In this document: positions 39,138-44,145 of the stretch, in pieces
How the letters are laid out: each line of letters starts with the position of its first letter
How positions within the stretch are numbered: the stretch's first letter is position 1
Assembly (NCBI GenBank): GCA_019058245.1
Contig: JAHPZJ010000001.1
Coordinates: forward strand, 1 to 44,145
Length of the DNA stretch: 44,145 nt
Direction: 5' to 3'
From: Promethearchaeota archaeon
Lineage (GTDB): Archaea; Asgardarchaeota; Lokiarchaeia; Sigyniarchaeales; SOKP01
Notes under the pieces: model-generated
Seen by the model: the letters and a program-made list of their open reading frames with translations, nothing else
Database searches by the model: none
Told to the model about the DNA's origin: nothing
Made by a program: the position numbers and the translations under genes

Positions 39138-40547
39138 TTAATTTTGCTTTCTAATAAAGTTGATTATCTTTTTACGCTTCTTTAATGCTTCTAACGCTGC
39201 TTTTTCTATATCTCTTTCCATTATTTCAAGCGATTCAGGAGTATCTTCTCCAATCTCTTTTTTTATTTTCGTATAGGCAGATTCTCTGAATTTTGGAAGA
39301 ATTTCTTTTTCCCTTTTATCCGCATACGTCAAAGAGACTTGCATTGAGTTATCTACATAGCCTATTTCGGCGCATTTGATATTTATTCTTTTAAGATCAG
39401 AAATAATTTTCTCTGATACAGTTTCAGAACAATATATTAAAAGAGCATCTAAAGAAACTCCCAAATAATCAACTCCAACCTTTTCTAACATGCTTAACAC
39501 ATTTGGATTTACCAAGTTTCTTATTTTTTCCTCAAATATATTAACTCCACAATTAGCTTCATAGTTTATCTCATATAAATCTCCTCTTAAACCCCCATTT
39601 GTAACATCGCACATTGCTCTAATCTCATCAATGTAATCCGAATTTAAAATAATTTCACAAGCTTTTAAGAATTTAATATTCATAGTTTCTTTGACAATAT
39701 CATGATTTCCAGAATAAATTGCAGTAGTGGTAATTGTTCCGCCCCCTGCACCTTCAGTCATTAAGATTCTATCTCCATTTTGAATATTTCTTCTAGCTAG
39801 TAGGTTATTACATAGACCAACTGCACTTATTCCTCCTACCAATCTATTACCAATTACCATATCTCCTCCAATTCTTAAAGTTGAACCCGCAGTTATTGGG
39901 ACTTTGGCTAAATCAGAAATTGTGGCTACACCCGCTATGAAATCAAACAATTTACCTACATCAGCATCATCTCCAAGATGAATGTCAATCATTATAGAAA
40001 TTGGTTTTGCGCCTTTAACAAATAAGTCTCTTAAAGCAGCCCGTGTTACATGAAATCCACAAATAAATGGAAAATCACTAAGTCGTGAATGAATGCCTTC
40101 CATCTTTGAAACTATTATTAAATCCTCAAGTTTATAGGATTGATTTTTAAATCCTTTAATATCAATCAACCGTACTGCTCCTGCATCATCTAATGAAGAA
40201 GGTGATAAAAATGCTTTATAGTCGGTTTCTGATAATTCTGCGATTAATTTATGCACAAAGAAATCTCCTGCACCTCTACAACCAACACCTTGCTTCCCTA
40301 TCGAAATATTCGCCTTATTAATTTCAAGTATTTCTTTTAAAAGAGGTTCTGAAACAGTATTAAGGTCACTCTTTCTACATTCTTCAAAAATTGCTTTAGC
40401 AAATTTAATTGCCAAATTCTCATCAATATCTCTAAAATCATGGTATTCTTGGACTATCCTTTCAAGAATCTGTTGTTCAGTGTATCCTTTTTTCATTAAA
40501 TTCCGGGTTAAACCTTCTAAATCACTCAAATTGCTCAAATCCTTCAA
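39138..40547 (-). CDS. AIR synthase (PurM/HypE)-like archaeal protein
   Basis: GVGCRGAGDF, DDAG, HSRLSDFPF..GFHVTRAALRD, EGAGGGT, DVTNGG. Confidence 0.85.
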   Translation of the reverse strand: MKDLSNLSDLEGLTRNLMKKGYTEQQILERIVQEYHDFRDIDENLAIKFAKAIFEECRKSDLNTVSEPLLKEILEINKANISIGKQGVGCRGAGDFFVHKLIAELSETDYKAFLSPSSLDDAGAVRLIDIKGFKNQSYKLEDLIIVSKMEGIHSRLSDFPFICGFHVTRAALRDLFVKGAKPISIMIDIHLGDDADVGKLFDFIAGVATISDLAKVPITAGSTLRIGGDMVIGNRLVGGISAVGLCNNLLARRNIQNGDRILMTEGAGGGTITTTAIYSGNHDIVKETMNIKFLKACEIILNSDYIDEIRAMCDVTNGGLRGDLYEINYEANCGVNIFEEKIRNLVNPNVLSMLEKVGVDYLGVSLDALLIYCSETVSEKIISDLKRINIKCAEIGYVDNSMQVSLTYADKREKEILPKFRESAYTKIKKEIGEDTPESLEIMERDIEKAALEALKKRKKIINFIRKQN

Positions 40548-40644
40548 ATTTTCTAAAAACTATGAATAAAAGTATATAATAGATTTAAATTATTTTGAAA
40601 ATTCTTATTTATAGTCTAAAATTCCTTAAATTTCAAAGATAAAT

Positions 40645-41655
40645 ATGACTTCTTTAAGGATAACAACCCCTTGTAGAATTCATCTATCCTTAATAGATGA
40701 AAATGGATATACTGGTAGAGTAGATGGAGGTATTGGTCTTATGTTAGACCGCCCTAATGTAGTTTTTGAAGCCTCTAATAGTGCTGAAGAATTTAAAATT
40801 GAAGCTCATAGATATTATCGAGAATCTATTGAGGTCATCAATGAAATAGCTTCAAAAGTATTTAAGAAATACAATATTAGTAATAAGAATTTTCATTTTA
40901 ACCTCAAAAGATATTTCCCTTCACATGTAGGATTGGGCTCTAAGACACAATTATCCTTAGCTATAGCTATAGCCATAACGAAATTGAAAAATTTTAATAA
41001 TTTAACTCATAAAACTCTTACTAAATTAGTAGAAAGGGGTGGAACATCTGGAATTGGATGGAAAGGTTTTGAAACAGGGGGCTTCATTTTGGATGGAGGA
41101 CATGATTTTGGCATAGGGAAAGAGAAGGAAACCTTTTTACCATCTTCCGCTTCAACTTCTGTTAATCCTGCATTAACAATCTTTAGACATGAAATACCAG
41201 AAAATTGGAGATTTGTATTAGTTATCCCAAATATAAAAAAGGGAGCTTATGGAGATGAAGAAATCTCTGTTTTTAAAGATTTTACGCCAATTCAAAGAAG
41301 TGAAGTCAATGAAATATCAAATCAAGTGATAATGAAGATTTTACCTGGTATCATAAAAAAAGATTTAGCCTGCTTTGGAGAAGGATTAAAACGAATTCAG
41401 AACTTAGGTTTTAAAAAAATCGAAATTGCTTTACAGCATAAAGTTGTTAAAGGTTTATTACATTTTTTTGAAAATTATGGACTAAAAGCTTATGGTATGT
41501 CCTCATTTGGTCCAAGCATTGTTGGAATTGTAGAATCAGATTCAGAAGCAGAAATCCTCTTAAGAAAAGTTCAAATAAATCAAATGCATCGTGGAGGTCA
41601 TATCTATATTTGTAAACCTAATAATACTGGAGCCAAAATAGAATATATAGATTGA
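40645..41655 (+). CDS. Beta-ribofuranosylaminobenzene 5'-phosphate (RFAP) synthase
   Basis: TPCRIH.SLID, RVDGGIG, HVGLGSKTQ, RGGTSGIG, GGFILDGGH, GMSSFGP. Confidence 0.92.
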   Translation: MTSLRITTPCRIHLSLIDENGYTGRVDGGIGLMLDRPNVVFEASNSAEEFKIEAHRYYRESIEVINEIASKVFKKYNISNKNFHFNLKRYFPSHVGLGSKTQLSLAIAIAITKLKNFNNLTHKTLTKLVERGGTSGIGWKGFETGGFILDGGHDFGIGKEKETFLPSSASTSVNPALTIFRHEIPENWRFVLVIPNIKKGAYGDEEISVFKDFTPIQRSEVNEISNQVIMKILPGIIKKDLACFGEGLKRIQNLGFKKIEIALQHKVVKGLLHFFENYGLKAYGMSSFGPSIVGIVESDSEAEILLRKVQINQMHRGGHIYICKPNNTGAKIEYID

Positions 41656-41661
41656 TATTAT

Positions 41662-42054
41662 ATGCCGAAAACAAATGAAAAAATTTTTTTCTCACCTAAT
41701 TTAACTGAGAGGGAAAGAGCTTGTTTTGAGGCAGGAATTAAATTGGGAGCTTTATATCATATCCTCAGTGGTATTCCTATTCAAAATAATGAAAAAATAA
41801 TTAAATCTATAGAAACAGGAATAGAGTCAGCTATTTCATGTCAGCCATTTGTAAAATCTGTAAAAGTTAATTTAGATAGAACTAAAATTATAGGTCAAAA
41901 AGATTCAGAATTCGATTATGATGAAATTTCTGGTAAAATTATTAGAGCGGAAGTATTACTTCAGTATGAATCTATTACTCTTGTTGCAAAAGTAGAATGG
42001 AAAGATGAATTGGAATACCCACTAATGTATATTGAAAAAATTCAAGGAGAATGA
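41662..42054 (+). CDS. mptD: Archaeal dihydroneopterin aldolase
   Basis: ERACFEAGIKLGALYH, QPFV, LEYPLM. Confidence 0.88.
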   Translation: MPKTNEKIFFSPNLTERERACFEAGIKLGALYHILSGIPIQNNEKIIKSIETGIESAISCQPFVKSVKVNLDRTKIIGQKDSEFDYDEISGKIIRAEVLLQYESITLVAKVEWKDELEYPLMYIEKIQGE

Positions 42055-42753
42055 TTATTTCAATAATTCATTAGTATATTTGTTTACAAGTTCTGTCGTT
42101 TTAAGTGCTTTTTTATTTTTCCCAAATCTTTTAATATTTTTATTATAATAATCTATTTTCTCATAGATTTGGGAGAAGAGAGTTTCATTTTTATTTTCCT
42201 TAGCAATTTTTAATCTAGTTGCTAAAATAATCATCTCTAGTGCTAAATTTTCTGCTCTATTAAATAACTTATGAGATTCTTGAAGTTTTTCAGAAAAAAT
42301 AACTTTCAGTTTAAACACTGGTATAATTACTTCTCCAAAATCGTCAGTCTTAGTTTTTTGAAATTCTCGTGATATTTCACCTATTAAAATTCCCCATGCT
42401 TTCTTGATATAAGGTACATCCATTGAACGAGACTCTAAATATTTAAAATCATAATATTTTGAGGGAAATTCTGTCAAATTAATCGGAGACTCTGGTTCTT
42501 TTAAAGCAGCTAGAGCATATAAAAATACATCATCAACGAAATTGATCGCAATTGTATTATAATCCTTCAAGTTTTTATACGTAATAGTACTATAGAAAGG
42601 AGATAATTGAATTTGTTTTCCTTCTATCCTTCTAATACCCATACAAGAAGCATTCGGTACAATTTTCAATCCATTTCCTGTTATTGAATAGGTTGTGGCT
42701 ATAATCTCATATAAATTCCCTTCTTTTAGTCCAAAATCTTGAAAATTAAACAT
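42055..42753 (-). CDS. DUF447 family protein
   Basis: YEIIATT, PNASCMGI, TYKNL, NFVDD, FNRA..LE..ILATR. Confidence 0.8.
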   Translation of the reverse strand: MFNFQDFGLKEGNLYEIIATTYSITGNGLKIVPNASCMGIRRIEGKQIQLSPFYSTITYKNLKDYNTIAINFVDDVFLYALAALKEPESPINLTEFPSKYYDFKYLESRSMDVPYIKKAWGILIGEISREFQKTKTDDFGEVIIPVFKLKVIFSEKLQESHKLFNRAENLALEMIILATRLKIAKENKNETLFSQIYEKIDYYNKNIKRFGKNKKALKTTELVNKYTNELLK

Positions 42754-42958
42754 TTTTCTCTTAACTCAAAATCTAACTCTACCTTAATTATCTTTTAAAA
42801 ATCTTTGAATTATATTAGTAATCAACTTTAATTCAAAATTGCGTTATTAATTTTACGATTGTATTTCTTACATCTAGATCTAAAAAGAAATATGAGAAGA
42901 AATAAGTTTAGGTTGAGAAAAATAATAAAAATGAGAATTAATAATTAATTTTTAAGTC

Positions 42959-43489
42959 TTACTTAAGTCTTGCTTCTGAGAGGTGCAAATGGTCAGTTTC
43001 TACTTCGACAAAAGCTTCAAAAATCTCTTTTACTCTAGCACTTTCAGCATCAACAGCAGCTTGGCTATAGAATTTTATAGCTCTATCTTCTCTTGAGTGA
43101 GATTCTTCTAAATTTGGCTTATATTCTGCTGCACACTTATCATATTTAGGAAAATCAACTTTATCTAGCTTAAGTATTTTTTTCCAGACTGATGCATGTT
43201 CACCTTCAACTTTAGCAAGTATTTTAAAAATTTTTTGACCATCTAATTCTGGTGTCTTCGTACTAGCACATTTGTAAAATATGTTATTTGATACTTCTAC
43301 TTCTAGAGCTTTTTCAACGTTAGTTTTATCTTTTTCATTTAGTTCAACATCCCAAGCCCCACTGTCATCATATTCTGTTGATTCCACAAAATATTTTTTG
43401 AAAGCTCCACAAAAGGGACATCGACTTGGAGGTTCTTCGCCGATATATGCTTCTCCACATATCTCACATACAAAAACTTTAACAAAAAT
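42959..43489 (-). CDS. Rubrerythrin-like protein: N-terminal rubredoxin-type domain plus ferritin-like domain
   Basis: The frame extends upstream of the called GTG: VKVFVCEICGEAYIGEEPPSRCPFCGA. Diiron motifs EVE..FY, EGEH, E..A..FY, ETDH. Start codon uncertain (ATT at 43489). Confidence 0.85.
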   Translation of the reverse strand: MFVKVFVCEICGEAYIGEEPPSRCPFCGAFKKYFVESTEYDDSGAWDVELNEKDKTNVEKALEVEVSNNIFYKCASTKTPELDGQKIFKILAKVEGEHASVWKKILKLDKVDFPKYDKCAAEYKPNLEESHSREDRAIKFYSQAAVDAESARVKEIFEAFVEVETDHLHLSEARLK

Positions 43490-43711
43490 CTTTTTTCACC
43501 ATGTTGATAATATAATTTATCTATTTAATGACTTACAACTTAGTATAAAAAATTAAGTCTAAATTAAATTATTAGAAATTATTACAATTTTTATAGTTTC
43601 AACTTAATTTTTAAAAATAGATTTCTTTTAAATACAATTATTAAAAAAAAATAGAATATAAAAACAATTATAGATTCTTTAAAATTTTTAATAGTTTTAG
43701 TTTGATTATCG

Positions 43712-44145
43712 TTGCGCTGCCTAGGTATAGACCCTGGATCGAAGAGTTGGGATTTCTTCGGCTTAGAGGATAATAAAATAATTTTAGATACATCTTTACC
43801 CACTAAAGAAATTATTAATGACCCTCAAAAAGTAATAGTCATTATAAAATCAGTAAAAGATATAGATTTAATGGTAGCTCCAAGTGGATTTGGGCTTCCC
43901 TTAAAAAACGTGAATGAATTAACAGAACAAGATATATTTTTTACATTATTAAAATTTGATCAAAAGGAGAAGGATAAATTAGTGGGGCTTGGAAAGGTTC
44001 TAAGATTAATTAAAGCCCAAAATATCCCCGGGATTATTGTTCCTGGAGTTAAGCATTTACCTACAGTCCCTAAATATCGAAAAATTAATAAAATTGATAT
44101 GGGTACAGCAGATAAAATTTGCACAGCTGTTACTGGAATTAAAGA
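43712..44145 (+). CDS. DUF1464 family ASKHA-fold (butyrate kinase-like) protein, 3'-partial
   Basis: TTG start. MRCLGIDPGSKSWD..APSGFGLP..PGVKHLPTVP.YRKINKIDMGTADK runs off the window. Absent from the ORF track. Confidence 0.85.
   Translation, partial: MRCLGIDPGSKSWDFFGLEDNKIILDTSLPTKEIINDPQKVIVIIKSVKDIDLMVAPSGFGLPLKNVNELTEQDIFFTLLKFDQKEKDKLVGLGKVLRLIKAQNIPGIIVPGVKHLPTVPKYRKINKIDMGTADKICTAVTGIK

Noticed and set aside
39138-40547. Selenophosphate synthetase SelD or HypE call
   Set aside because: Only the shared PurM-like fold is evident; the length and motifs fit the separate archaeal AIR-synthase-like family.
43281-43803. ORFs 43281..43556 (+) and 43591..43803 (-)
   Set aside because: Antisense to the rubrerythrin-like and DUF1464 genes respectively.

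Overview
AT-rich archaeal chromosomal window, most consistent with an Asgard archaeon (Lokiarchaeia/Promethearchaeota-like). Support: archaeal uS2, ether-lipid genes, methanopterin genes, Roadblock and longin/uDENN-like proteins, many small zinc ribbons and frequent TTG/GTG starts. It carries about 45 CDS: AOR plus Fe-ADH, aroK/aroE/tyrA, three LITAF-like zinc-ribbon membrane proteins, tmk, two membrane M28 peptidases, uS2, radical SAM enzymes, CooC, two N6-adenine methyltransferases, a four-gene ether-lipid operon, PadR/HAAS, LarE, RFAP synthase/MptD and a rubrerythrin-like gene. I saw no tRNA, rRNA, CRISPR array or IS element. The main discovery is a small gene missed by the ORF track (4915..5114, minus strand). 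It is interrupted by a 29-nt stop-containing, frame-shifting insert (4985..5013) that folds as a bulge-helix-bulge (BHB) motif with a relaxed outer helix. Cutting at the standard tRNA-endonuclease positions restores a 56-aa CxxC..CxxC zinc ribbon, so this is a candidate BHB intron in an Asgard protein-coding mRNA. All family calls come from recalled motifs, not database searches.
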